The notes under the pieces are model-generated. The model did no database searches. It was given only the letters and a program-made list of their open reading frames with translations, and was not told the DNA's origin. Shown piece by piece: positions 14,700-27,809 of a DNA stretch of 64,000 bases (its first letter is position 1; every line of letters begins with the position of its first letter). A program made the translations under genes and the position numbers. The stretch comes from Squalus acanthias. Taxonomy: Eukaryota. Location: assembly GCA_030390025.1 (NCBI GenBank), contig JASTWF010000579.1, positions 124,001 through 188,000 of the forward strand. The letters are read 5' to 3'.

Positions 14700-15075
14700 A
14701 GATTTACCCAATGTTCCTTGTCGTAGGGTCTTGGGTTTTGCCTTGAAGCAGCACTCCAAATTTACCTTAACTGTCCCATTAAATGTCTAGTATACTTCTA
14801 GAAGTTCCCCATTCAAGATTAAACAGCCCACATTTCTCCAGCTTTTGCTCATAACTCTCCTTTGATACCAGAGATCAGCCTGGTGGCTCTTCTCTGAACC
14901 TCCTCCTTGAATATTTCCCTTGTATTTTGGTGATCCAAACCGAATAGTAAGTAAGGTGCAGTGCGACTAGGGCACTTGTACAGATTTAGCATGACCTCTT
15001 TCCAATATGTACTCAGCTGATCTAGCAACATAATTCAGCATTTCATTTGCTTTATAAAAGGATATGTTTTGTGCA
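14700..15075 (-). mobile_element. Old decayed CR1 fragment
   Basis: KEVMLNLYK, EEVQRRATRLISG remnants. Confidence 0.6.
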
Positions 15076-15733
15076 TTTGCTGCTGACATTCCCTTATTAA
15101 CGTTGCGTTGATTAGAGGCAGCCTGTAGTGGGGTTTGTGTACAGAACTTCTCTGCTATTGCTGCTCTTCCATTTGATATGAGGCTCTGCTCCGGTGACTC
15201 CATGAATTGGAAGGGGGGCGGGGGGGGGGGGGGGGGGAAGAGGTTACTGCATTCAGCCCACTGTTGATAAATATAATTACAGGAAGGGGCAATTCAGTAG
15301 AAAATAGCCGTTTAAGAGCAATTTTTTGGGCAGAGCAAGAAGGATCTTTATCCTCTGGGTTGCGTGCACTGTGGGTTCACTTTTTTTCTTTCAAGTGCAG
15401 CACAAGAAGCTGTGCAAAAGTCTATTTCCATGGAAGGTGGCTGCCCTTGTCGTGTCCTTTCTCCCATTAGGAAAGTTTCAATAGTACTGATCTGCCAGTA
15501 GATGTAAATATTCGTGTGCTATGATGGGTGTACACAGTCTGAGGTTTGCACCTTTGGCAAGCAGGGGAATTGAAATTGCCATTGGCACCTCCCCAATGTC
15601 TGAATTGGAAAACAACAGAATTCACTGAGAATAAAGTATGTTTGAAAGATTGTGAACCCAGTGATAACTTGATTCTGTGCCGTTGCTGAGTGGATCAAAT
15701 GTAAACTTGAGATTCCTGTTTGTGTTTTTGCAG

Positions 15734-18700
15734 ATTTAAACCACAGTGGTTTGGGATCGCATTATGAAAATTCTCACTGGGGACCTGTCTCTACCAACAG
15801 TGACTCTACTACAAATTGGGATAAAGTTATTGTAGACGGGTCCGACAAAGAAGCCTGGCCTTCAATCACTGGCAGTGACCCAGAGTTGGCTTCAGAATGC
15901 ATGGACGTTGACTCTGCTTCAAGCTCTGGGTCAGAGAAGAACCTCAGTATCATGGCTTCGGGGAGCACAGTTGGTGATGGCGATGGCAACAGAACGGGCA
16001 ATGGAAACGGTTCTTCGAGCCAGTTTGTGGTTGGAAATGTCAGCAATAATGTAGGAAATGGAAGTATTAACGGGCCTTGGGGAGGATCTCGAGGCCCTTT
16101 GTCAAGCACATGTCAGGGTTCTGCAGAAAATATGGATGGCAAACCAGAAAGTGGCCATGGTAAACTGAATGCTTGGGGCAGCATAGGTTCTACATCAGGT
16201 GGATCCCTGAATCCGAATGGTTTGAATCCAAATGCCAACCTAGGTGCCTGGCCTGTGTTGGAAAGTGATGGAAATACTGTGCAAGGACTTGTGCCAGGTG
16301 GCAATTCTGGCACCAATGTTCAACGTAGCACTGTAGGTCAAATGCTGAATAATCAGAGTGTTAACATGGGACTATCAGCTCATGGTTCGTGGGGAGGACT
16401 GCAGGAGAATTCTGATGCAGACGTTAATGGTACAAGGAAGGTTTCATTCAGTGGACAACCTCAAAACCTTAACACTGAAATGAATGGACCAAATAACACT
16501 ACTAACCCTTTGACCTCTAGCTTACCAAACTCTACTAGTTCAATGCAGACAAATGAACTGCCTAAACTTACAGGGCCTGGGGCCTGGGGTGTACCCTTAG
16601 GAATGAGCACAGTAAACCCATCTCAGCTTCAGGCCTCTTCAATTACAAATGGCACTTCCGTTTCTCAGCTTGGCAATGGAGGAATTAGTGAGGGAATGAA
16701 CAGTGGGTCTTATGGTACGACTTGGGGTACATCTGGCACTAACTATTCTGGCGAAAAATGTCCAGGCTCGAGCAGTAATTTGGGGCAAGCTAGTGGTGAC
16801 ACTGTGAATGCAACTCTAGCACAATCTGCTATTAATGGATCTGGAAGTACTGCTTACAAAAGTAATGGGGGAAGCAATAGAGGGGGAGTCGCATGGGAAT
16901 CTGGTGTGGTCAACTCCCACAATATGGCTTGGGGGGCAGGGAACAGTATTGGCTCCGGAGGGGCTAGAAGAGTCTGGGGAAACCCAGCACCAAATGCAAA
17001 CACTGGCACTAATGTCTCAAATGGGGAATGGAACAAACTGCCTAACAATCAGCATTCCACTAATGGTCTAAATGGAAGTGGTAATAGGAAGGGAACAAAT
17101 GGTTGGAAAAGTCTAGACGATGCTCTTTGTGGTCAGAATCAGAATTCTACTACGTCTCAGCCGAGTGAACAGAACAATATGTGGGTCAAAACTCCAACGT
17201 CAACTTCAGGTACTGCGGACAGTGAGGGGAGCACAGAGAGCACTGGGAGTCGCCATGATAGAATGAGTGTAGGAAGCGGTGATGGCAGTGGCAGACGTGG
17301 TGAGAAAAGGAAACCTGACCAGCCAGGAATGGTCCAAAGTATTCTGAGTAGAACTGACTTGGACCCACGTGTACTTTCCAATACAGGTTGGGGGCAGACT
17401 CCAATCAAACAGAACACTGCCTGGGATATTGAACCTTCAGCAAAGAGCGAGAGAAAAACTGACAATGGAACAGAGGCGTGGGGAGGTCGTGTTTCCCAAG
17501 CTTCAAACTCAGGGGGGTGGGGGGATGGGCCTGGCCCGAACAGTAATGATACCTCATCAGTATCTGGGTGGGGGGATCCAAAGCCTGCTACAGTCTCTTG
17601 CAACACAGGGTGGGGAGACACCAAAGGCTCAAGCAGCCAAGGGGGGTGGGAGGATAATTCTGCTGCTACAGGAATGGTAAAGAGCAATCAAACGTGGGGA
17701 GGTAACAAAGAGGAGAAGTCAACTGCGTGGAATGATGCACAAAAGGTCAAACAGGGATGGGTTGATGGACAGAAATCAAACCAAGGTTGGGGAATGTCTG
17801 GAGCTGATGGATGGGGAGAGAATTCAAGGGGTGGCCAGTGGGGGGAATCACAGAAGACTAGCTCAGGCGGTTGGGATAACGACAGCGATAGATCTGTGTC
17901 TGGCTGGAGTGAACCTGGGAGACCGGGCGCAGGTCGAGGCACATGGGCAAGTAGCAACAATTCAAACCCCAATAATACTACAGGTTGGGGAGAGCCCACC
18001 AAGCCTGCTCAGTCCCAGGGCTGGGGGGAACCCGCCAAGCCTGCTCAGTCCCAGGGCTGGGGGGAACCCGCCAAGCCTGCTCAGTCCCAAGGCTGGGGGG
18101 AACCCGCCAAGCCTGCTCAGTCCCAAGGCTGGGGGGAACCCGCCAAGCCTGCTCAGTCCCAAGGCTGGGGGGAACCCGCCAAGCCTGCTCAGTCCCAGGG
18201 CTGGGGGGAACCCGCCAAGCCTGCTCAGTCCCAGGGCTGGGGGGAACCCGCCAAGCCTGCTCAGTCCCAGGGCTGGGGGGAACCTGCCAAGCCTGCTCAG
18301 TCCCAGGGCTGGGGGGAACACACCAAGCCTGCTCAGTCCCAGGGCTGGGGGGAACCCGCCAAGCCTGCTCAGTCCCAGGGCTGGGGGGAACCCGCCAAGC
18401 CGAGTAACTCTGCAGACTGGAACAAGCCACAGGACAGTAACAGTTCTTGGGGAGCCACACCTCCTGCAAATAAACCTTCCGGCCCGGGCTGGCTCAATGG
18501 CCCGATGCCAGCTCCATCAAAAGAGGAGGAACCTACAGGCTGGGAGGAGCCTTCTCCAGAGTCTATTCGCCGCAAAATGGAAATCGATGACGGCACCGCC
18601 GCCTGGGGGGATCCGAGCAAGTACAACTACAAGAGTGTGAACATGTGGAACAAAAATGCGCAGAGCAGCGGCAACGGCGCAGAGCAGTCAGCACAGGTCC

Positions 18701-18805
18701 AGCCCCCGCCGACACCACAGCAGCCCCCATCGCAACACCAACAGCAGCTGCCGCAGCAAATGCCACCGCCAAGTGCCATGCAGAACAAGGAGAACAGTGG
18801 CTCCG
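15734..18805 (+). CDS. TNRC6A: TNRC6A giant exon (3072 nt): GW/WG-rich Argonaute-binding domain ([43 protein letters not shown])
   Basis: ttttgcag|ATTTAAAC and TCCG|gtaagt; the ORF 15751-19041 translation is collinear with vertebrate TNRC6A up to the donor. Confidence 0.97.
17983..18402 (+). repeat. Coding minisatellite, 36-bp unit x ~11.7 ([12 protein letters not shown])
   Basis: ggctggggggaacccgccaagcctgctcagtcccag repeated near-perfectly. Confidence 0.97.
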
Positions 18806-19734
18806 GTAAGTTTATCGCCATGACTTGCAGCTTCAGAAGTGCGAGAAACAAAAGGGTGAAATTTGAGTTTCTGCTGGTTTTTTTGGTATCGTATATTCGG
18901 AAATGTCAACTAGTTAGAAACTGTACTGCATTCAGATGTAGCACCGTGTGCTTGTGTGTCTCTTGTGTACATGTGTTCGTTTATAAACTCCTGTGTACAC
19001 CCTTGGAATCGTGCTTTCAGAGGTGTGCATTTGTAACCTAGCTGGATTCTTTCTGTGCCGTTATTTCACAAAATCCTTGTACATCGAGACCTAAAGACAG
19101 CGATAGGATTTTGAAATTTTTGGCTGTATTTACCTTCCAGTATAATTAATTGTTTTTTGGGAGTGTGTAGGTGGGCTTTTTAGTAGTTTGGATATTAACT
19201 GCATAGGATTACATACTAGATGTAGGAGAAACAGTTTAATTTTAATTGGTGCCTACTGTGTGTGTCTAGTTTGTGAGCCTGTAATATGTTTAAAAAAAAA
19301 GAGATTAGATGAGGCAGGTGGGGGGGGGGGGGGGGGGGGGGGGTTTGTTAATCCTAAATTGTGTGGATATATTCACCCAAGCAGGCTGTCCAATTCATCA
19401 AACTCTGTATTGGCTCTTTTTACTGTTCTTGTCTAGGGCGAGTGACCTCAATGTGTCTCCCCCTTTACTCTTGGAGTTGGGTGTCAATGGCCTGGGGCTC
19501 CACTCTGGTTTTAGCATTTACTTCTCTGAACCCTTTTCTTTAATCTGGTCCATTCCGTGAGCCTGCGGTGCAGTGGGTTCCTCGAGCGTGGTGTTTATAC
19601 TGCTGAGCTCAGCTGATAGCAAGTGACCCGCACGCTAACATGTCGTCATGACTCCTTTTATTTCTCCCCTCTCGGGTACTCTGCCCTCCCAAATCCCTAC
19701 CCCAACCCTTCAGCACTCCTCGACCTTACTCGTC

Positions 19735-20112
19735 CTTGTTTTAAAATCCCTCCATGGCCTCCTCGCCCCTCCCTATCTCTGTAACCTCCTCCAGCCCTAC
19801 AACCCCCCGAGATCGCTGCGCTCCTCCAATTCTGGCCTCTTGCGCATCCCCGATTTTAATTGCTCCATCATTGGTGACAATGCCTAAAGCTGCCTGGGCC
19901 CTAATCTCTGGAATTCCCTCCCTAAACCTCTCCGTCTCTCCACCTCTCCTCCTTTAAGATGCTCCTTAAAACCTAACTCTTTGACCAAGCCTTTGGTCAT
20001 CTGTCCTAATATCTCCTTCTGTTGCTCGGTGTCACATTTTGTTTGATAACGCTCCTGTGAAGCACCTTGGAATGTTTTGCTGCATTAAAGGTGCTATATA
20101 AATGCAAGTTTT
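19735..20112 (+). mobile_element. L2 LINE 3' end
   Basis: KSLHGL..PPYLCNLLQPYNPPRSLRSS; same tail as 10500-10870. Confidence 0.85.
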
Positions 20113-21799
20113 TGTGTCTAATTCTGGTTAACCATAGATTAAGAGGCAGGTACACAGTGTAATGTGGCCATCGGTAATGGGTCACTGTCAGACCACGGGC
20201 AGATGGTGTCATTTGTGATGTTTCTAGTTGACATGGTCTGGTGGTAATGTCGTATGTCGAAGGCTGATGGTTGTAGTTGGGTCCGAATCATAGGCAAGCG
20301 CCAGTAGAACAGCAGTACATAAGATTTGCGGCTATCCGTGCACAGTTTCTGCTGATGGCTCAACATGGTGGATGTGGAGAGGCTGAATCTTGGATTCACT
20401 TCTGCGAGTGATCCTTATCCAAAGCTCTAAATGTGAAGTCATTTGTTTACTTAGTCAAGCTTGGTTGGTGCTTTCATCTTTCAGTTTCATGGTACAATGT
20501 GAACAGTTTCATGGGAATGTCCTAAGGTCTGTGGACAGAGACAGTTGTACTCTTACCCTATGCCCTTGCTGGAGGTGCTACTACTCTCGAACCAATGAGG
20601 GAGAACAGTGCAGTTGTGTTGCTGCTGTCTGGCTACAGTAACCTGAATCCAACAGAGAATTAGATTCAAGCTCTTGTATGTTTGTGGTGATTAGTGCCAT
20701 TAGTGTGATTGGTGCATTTCCTCACACGTGGCCAAGTGCAGTCCGCTCGTGCTATAAACAGAAAACCAGGCGTCTTTATTACGTCCTGAGGGAGTCCGGC
20801 ATAACTTGCTTGTAACTTCCCTGTTTGTCCCTTTGTATGATTGACTTTTCTTCAGAGTGAAAAGCATCGAGCCTGGATTTTTAAACCGGAAATATTTGGG
20901 GATTAGATGTCACGGCTAATGCTGTTGTCATGGTGTCAGGTTGATCGAGTAAACATTACTCATCGCACCTAGTGAGGTTGAGAAGAGCTGGGTAGAAGAT
21001 TGATTAATAAGATTTCAGAGTTGAGTACAGTACAGATAATCATAAATACTGGTATGTAGAGCAAGAGCAAAGTCTCCCAAAACGCTCGTTACTCTTGCCA
21101 TTTTTAGCAGCGCCTGTCATATGAAATATGGAACTAGAACTCTGCAGTTTGTCGATGTTCCAGAACACTAACTGAGGCATTTGTACTTAAAGGAGGTCAT
21201 TGGCCATATCTCCTGCCTTCAGCTTTATACTCCTGGGAACCATAGGAATTTCAGTGTAAGAGGCCATTCAGCCCATCAGGCCCGTGCTGGTACTAGCTCA
21301 CCCATCCAAGCCATCTACTTCAATCCCATTTTGCTGGGGTTTTTTCCCCCCATACACTAATTTTTCTGTATCTAATTCCCTCTTAAATGCCACGACCAAC
21401 TTCATCAGCCACTTGTGATAAAGCATTCCATATTCTGATGACTATTCTTAAAAAATCCCTTATAACCTGTTCCTTTACGCTGCTTCTGCTAGATTTGAGT
21501 TTTTGCCGCCTTGTTACTGATTCACTGGCAGAAATATCACTCTTTACTCTCTCAAACTCAATATTGGATCCCCTTATCTCCAGTGAATACAGTCTGTTTT
21601 TCACATCTCTCATAGCGTATATATTCTGATCTCTATCCTATATTGAGCAATATGTATTTTATTCATGAAGACTTATAATGGGATGATCAAACACATAATT
21701 CAGTTTGATGCTGAGATTCAAACCCCATATCCTATCACCAAGACCTAGCTTCTACCTCTGCAATACTATCCACACTTTAGTTATCTCCTGACTGAATTT

Positions 21800-22400
21800 C
21801 CCCAGTGCTCTTAATGGCCCTTAATTTCCGATAGGAGGCGTCCTGCGTGTGGATGCCTCCTATCAGGAAAAAATCTACGCCCATACGCTCCCGAGGTGCG
21901 GCCATTTCCGATCCTGGGCGCCTCCACAGTCGAAATGCGCAAGCGTCCCTGGGATCACGTGGGCCAGGCGAGCCAATGGGAGAAGGGAATCCCCCTTCAT
22001 ACTTTTGACTGATAGATCTGTCAAAAGTATGAATGGGGATCACTGAAAAAAGACATCAAAACATTAAATAATTTTTTTTTTAAATCGCATTTTTAAAATG
22101 AGTTAAAATTACATTTAAATATTTTAAACAAAAATTTAATTTATGGAAAAAAGTAATTACAATTTTTTACGGGGCTAAAAATAAGCTTACCTTTTTAAGT
22201 ATTTTTAAATTATAAATGAGTGGAGAACATTTTTTTAAACTAATGCTGGTAAAAGCAGGCCTTACGCCTGCTTTTACCAGGCGTAAGATTTTTAAGTGAT
22301 TTCAGCGGGCGGAGGTTCTGCAGCAGAAAGCGGAACTCTCCACCTGCAGAGGCCCTTCTCCAGGACAGGCATCCAATCTGTCGAAATCTGTACACACCCG
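21800..22400. mobile_element. Hairpin-rich element with an AT-rich core (MITE-like, unclassified)
   Basis: Three strong local inverted repeats (see findings). Confidence 0.45.
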
Positions 22401-22734
22401 TAGGGATCGGAACATACAGGCCATTGTCAATAGTGCCGTCCTCGCCAGTATCCCAAACACCATCCTACATAAATTCCAACTTGTCCAAAACCCTGCACCA
22501 AATCCTGAGTGCCAGTCACCAGCCTCCAATAGCACCGCATTCTCCAATGCAGTGAATTCAACCTCTTGCCTTCATTTACAAATCCCTCCATGGTCTTGCT
22601 TCATCCTATCTCTGCAACCTCCTCCAACCATATGTACCAGGACGTGCCCTACAGTCTTAGGACCCCCGACCACCCACCCTTGTTCCACGATTGGTGCGGA
22701 GCCTTAAGCCCCTCCATCTTAGTATCTCTTTACA

Positions 22735-23800
22735 TGGAATTACATAGAATATACAGCGCAGAAACTGGCCATTCGGCCCAACCAGTCCATGCCGGTGTTT
22801 ATGCTCCGCTCGAGCCTCCTCCCATCCTTCCTCATCTAACTCTATCAGCATATCCTTCTATTCCCTTCACCCTCATTTGCTTATCTAGCCTCCCCATAAA
22901 TGCATCTATGCTATTCGGCTCAACCACTCTCTGTAGTAGCGAGTTCCACATTTTCACCACTCTCTGGGTAAAGAAGTTTCTTCTGAATTCCATATTTGAT
23001 TTGTTGGTGACAATCTTATATTGATGGTCTCTAGTTTTGCTCTTCCCCACAAGTGGAAACACTGTGTCCAATCTATCAAAACCTTTCATAATTTTAAAGA
23101 CCTCTATTAGGTCACTCTTTTCAAGAGAAGAAAGACCTGTTCAAACTTTCTTGATAGTTATAACCTCACATTTCTGCTGTCATCTTTGTAAATCTTTTTT
23201 ACACCCTCTCCAGTGCCTCTATATCCTTTTTATAATATGGCGACCAGAATTGTACACAGTACTCCAAGTGTGGTCTAACCAAGGTTCGATACAAGTTTAG
23301 CATAACTTCTCTACTTTTCAATTCTATCTCTAGAAATAAACCCTAGTGCTTGGTTTGCTTTTTTATGGTCTTATTAACCCTGCTCATAGAATCATACAGC
23401 ACAGAAGGAAGCTATTCTACCCATCGTTTCTGTGCTGGCTCTTTGAAAGAACGATCAAATTAGTCCCACTCCCCTGCTCTTTGCCTATAGCCCTGCAAAT
23501 TTCTCCTTTATCTAATTTCCTTTTGAAAGTTACTATTGAATCTGCTTGCACCACTTTTTCAGGCAGTGCATTCCAGATCATAACAGCTCGCTGCATTAAA
23601 AAAAAAATTCTACTCCTCTCCCCCCTGGATTTTTTGCCAATTACCTTTAAATCTGTGTCGTCTGATTATCGACCCTCCTGCCAGTGGAAACCGTTTCTCC
23701 CTATCTACACTCCTCAGAACCCCTCATAATTTTGAACGCTTCTATCAAATCACCCCTTAACACACTCTGCTCTGAGGAGAACAATCCAGCTTTCTCTAGT
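22735..23800 (-). mobile_element. Two adjacent CR1-type 3' fragments
   Basis: FRRNFFTQRVVKMWNSL and [11 protein letters not shown] on -; second tail begins ~23385. Confidence 0.85.
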
Positions 23801-24419
23801 CCTGCACTCATCTAAAACCTCCAACAAAAAACTCTGATCACCTCCTCAGCTCTTTATCTACTTCTTCTCTGCTTTTCAGTGAAGCGCCTAGGGACATCTA
23901 CTGCATTGAAGGTGCTACATAAATGCAATTATTTGTGTTCAGAATCCAAAAGCCTGGATTCTTGTCACTTTCTAAATGAGAACAATCTTGTTTTCCATTT
24001 TTAAGGTGCATTAAGATGGGTATCCCTACATTTGCAGTACTCTGAGCATTGGGCTCTCAACTGGGGAAATAAGTTCATGTCACCGTCCAGACTGACTTTC
24101 AGACGATCCTGTTAAAGATATTTAAAAAAATACAGGGCACTCTGCATTTAATGTGCAGGTGCAATTGTCAACAGCGCCTCTTCCTGCTGTCTGTTGCCGC
24201 TCTGTAACAAAGTGACCCAGTACAGTCTGCTCTCTGCAGTGGTGCATACCTAAAGCTCGCGCATATTTGTGCAGCCCAAGACAAGCCAGCCTAGTCGCCT
24301 TGATCATCAGAACGTGTCCCAGCCCATGACCATCACTCCTCTGACTCCAGATTACTGCTTCTCTCCACCTTTGGAGCCTGATCATTCAATCATCGCACAC
24401 CAGAATGGTACCCGGATTT

Positions 24420-24862
24420 CAAGGGTTAAGTTACGAGGAGAGATTGCATAAATTAGTGTTGTATTCCCTAGAATTTAGAAGGTTATGGGGTGATCTGATC
24501 GAAGTTTAAGATATTATGGGGAACAGATAGGGTAGATAGAGAGAAACTATTTCCGCTGGATGGGGATTCTAGGACTAGGGGGCAGTAGTCTAAAAATTAG
24601 AGCCAGACCTTTCAGGAGTGAAATTAGGAAACACTTCTACACACAAAGGGTGGTAGAAGTTTGGAACTCTCTTCCGCAAACGGCAATTGATGCTAGATCA
24701 ATTGTTAATTTTAAATCTGAGATTGATAGCTTTTTGTTCACCAAAGGTTTTAAGGGATATGGGTCAAAGGCAGGTATATGGAGTTAGGTCACAGATCAGC
24801 CATAATCTCATTGAATGGCGGAACAGGCTCGAGGGGCTAAATGGCCTCCTCCTGTTCCAATG
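24420..24862 (+). mobile_element. CR1-type 3' fragment
   Basis: RPFRSEIRKHFYTQRVVEVWNSLP. Confidence 0.88.
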
Positions 24863-26021
24863 TTCCCCGCCCTCTAGAACTCTTCCAAACCACACTACCT
24901 CATCACTTAATTCCCAGCTACATTTTGTCCTCTCTTCCTGCTCTCTCTTCACCTCTTGGCCTTGTTGGGAGTTGTTTCCTTTTACATGAAGCGGTGCGAT
25001 ATAAATCCACGTTGAGCTCATCCATCCTTGGTTGACGCGCCTCAGATTACATGAGCACAGGGTACTGCCTTTGTGGTGGTGCTTGGGACAATATCTGTTG
25101 TCCGTGTGAACAATGCCGCCGGCTGTAAGTGAACCCAGGGCTGTTGGCATTCATCAGAGTAGAATGCTAGTGCGCTTAAAACAATCTGTTGGGAAGACCT
25201 TGTACAAGAGGGAGGGGGTAGCGAAAGGGGCAGAATATCAGCTAGAGATTACAAAGCTGGGTATTTTGAAAGAAAGGTGTTGGTTTTGAAAGGAGGATGG
25301 AAGAGGGAGCTGCTGAGGTAATGGTTTGAAGTAACATGGATGGAAGAAGGCAAGAAAAGGGGGCCTCACAGTGGGGCTCAGTTGGTGCCGTTTACAAGCT
25401 GTTGATTGGGTGGGAAGTAGCCAGCAGAGGTATCCTCCCCCTTGCTGTTCGAGGAGTGCGGGGTGGGGGAGACAGGACTAGTCGAGTCATTCTGCTTCAC
25501 TTATCTAGGGAGTGGCACTAGTGACATTTGATCTCCGGTGGATCGTTCCAAGTGGAAAGGCAGCTAGACTTTAAAAACAAAACATGCATAGTAACACTGG
25601 TGTTGGCAAGTTGAGGTGCCAAAAGCACTTGGTCGCTGTCGCTGGACCTGATCTGTAATCGTCTGTTATTTTCTCATGAGCTGAGCCACATTCTGCTGTA
25701 CTGTAAGCCTCTTGTGTGTCTCCACTGTGCCTTTACTGCAGCAGCTAATGTACTCACCCAATTGGCTGCTTGGATAGTACGCTTCCTTGATGTGGAAAAT
25801 AATACCATCTAGAGGCAACCGATCAGATTGCAAGCACTGCATCGTGCTGAGTGTAGAGATGGTACACAGCGGGGAAGCATTGACCTCCCCAGGGATAGAA
25901 CAAAAAGTGCTTGCAATTTAACTTACAGCAGTCTTGTAACAGCATGCTTGCTACATTACAAATGAAAGTTGAATCGGTTAGTTATACAGTGCAGTTAGCA
26001 GGGCCACTTTAATCTTGAACC

Positions 26022-26500
26022 TCGGGAAGGATACATTGGCCTGGGGGGGGGGGGGATACAGCGCAGATTCAGCAGAATGATACTGGGGCTAAAAGGGTTA
26101 AATTATGAGGACCGGTTGCATAAGCTTGGCTTTAATTCTCAAGTTTAGATGGTTGAAGGCTGATCTAATGGAGGTCTTCAAAATGATGAGATTCGATAGG
26201 AGAGATACAGAGAAGCTATTTCCTCTGGTGGTGAAATCCAGAACAAGGGGACACGATCTTAAAATTGGAGCCAGGCCATTTAGGAGTGAAATCAAGAAGC
26301 ACTTTTTCCACACACACTGTAGTGGAAATGTGGAACACTCTCCCCAAAAGGCTGTGGATGCTGGAGCATTGAAATTTTCAAGACTGAGATCAATAGATTT
26401 TGTTGGGTATCGAGGGAAATGGAGTTGAGGTATAGATCAGCCATGATCTAATAGAATGGTGGAGCAGGCTAGAGGGGCTGAGTGGCCTCCTCCTGTTCTT
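26022..26500 (+). mobile_element. CR1-type 3' fragment
   Basis: DLMEVFKMM...SRTRGHDLKI..RPFRSEIKKHFF. Confidence 0.85.
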
Positions 26501-27602
26501 TGAAATACTCGGAAGTGATGTCAGGAATTATGAAAAAGTATCTGTTTTGATTATGAATCTAAGTGTGGTGCGGTTGGTTCCTTCCCCCCCCCCAGCCATT
26601 CAATGGATCAGCAACATCCTCTGGGGAAAAATGCCATTTTAATTAGTTTTTATGTTGCGCTTGCAGCAAGAAATGAATGAAGTGATGAGGTAGTTTGTTG
26701 AACCTGCATGGTTTCTATAGTCAGGCCTACTAGTGCAGCTTTAGCTTGTCTCCCTTCTCCCTGTCCACTTTGCAGGACTATCAGTAACTCCTGTCTCCCT
26801 ACATCTCTGCTTCCAGCCTCAGGTCTGATGTGTGGCTCAGGTTATTGAAGCTCTGCTATGCTGTGCCAGGATGCAGGTATATACCCTGAAACCTCACGTG
26901 GTGTTACCATTCTCAGCCACATCTCACGGGGAAGCACTGAGGCTAGTCTGGGTGCTGCCTCTCGGCCCACCCTTGCGTATCTTCTCGCAACACCAGCAAA
27001 GGCCTGTTGTCCAAATGTGGTGTTTGGGGAATGGAGAAGGAAAGTTTCACGAGTGACTGGGTGAGTGGTACAGCCCTGGAAGGACCAGGGTTAGAGCTGT
27101 GGTCTGTGCTGAGGTAGCTAATCCCGGCCAGGACACCTGTATGAGACGCCGCAGTCAGCCTCTGTGCCTGGGTTAAGGAAGGGGCAGTCGGCCAGCCTTC
27201 CTGCTCCTGACCAGTGCCCAACAACCCCTTGGTCTGTAGCAGTAAGGTGAGGTCTGCTATACTGAGGAACCCAAGATGTATTTCAGTGGTAGTGACAGAC
27301 ATATCTGGAGGGTCTGATTTTAGGTGAGCGGGGCTAGAAGGGAGAGGGCTACAGCAGATTCTGTGTTTTAAGCTTAGAGTATCACCGGGACACACTATTT
27401 GATTTGTAAGTAACCTGTGCAGATTACAACTTTGCTCGAGAGTCATGAGGTGCTTGTGAAGTTTTGTATTCCATATCCCACGCCCAAACAAGTGGCACAT
27501 CCTCTTCATTTTAGCACCACAGTGGCAGAGCGGCTTGTGTTGACAAGGATATCAACTGGGCAGTTTTGTTTTGTTTTTTGTTTTCCTTTTTATTTAATAA
27601 AG

Positions 27603-27809
27603 GTTGGGGAGAACCTTGCACCATTCAGACAAAGCCAGAATCCTCTTGGGGAGAACCACCTGCTCTAACCGCGACCGTGGACAATGGAACAGCGGCCTGG
27701 GGTCAACCCATGGATACAGGAACCAGCTGGAGAGAGCCGGTTAATGACAGTGCTGGTACCTCTGGCTGGGGCAACACCCCAGCTGCCCTGCCACCTCCAA
27801 ATAGACCTG
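27603..27809 (+). CDS. TNRC6A: TNRC6A exon: GWGEP...TVDNGTAAWGQP (Ago-hook)
   Basis: Polypyrimidine tract ...taataaag| acceptor and CCTG|gtaaaa donor, phase 1-1. Confidence 0.93.

Noticed and set aside
17157-18909. Several alternative-frame and antisense ORFs, including 302 aa at 17732-18640
   Set aside because: Shadows of the TNRC6A exon and its stop-free 36-bp repeat
18806-19041. C-terminal part of the 1096-aa ORF
   Set aside because: Read-through past a strong G|gtaagt donor into intron; the composition is not TNRC6-like
20720-20800. E-box plus TATA-like motif as an internal promoter
   Set aside because: Short motifs are expected by chance and no downstream exon supports it
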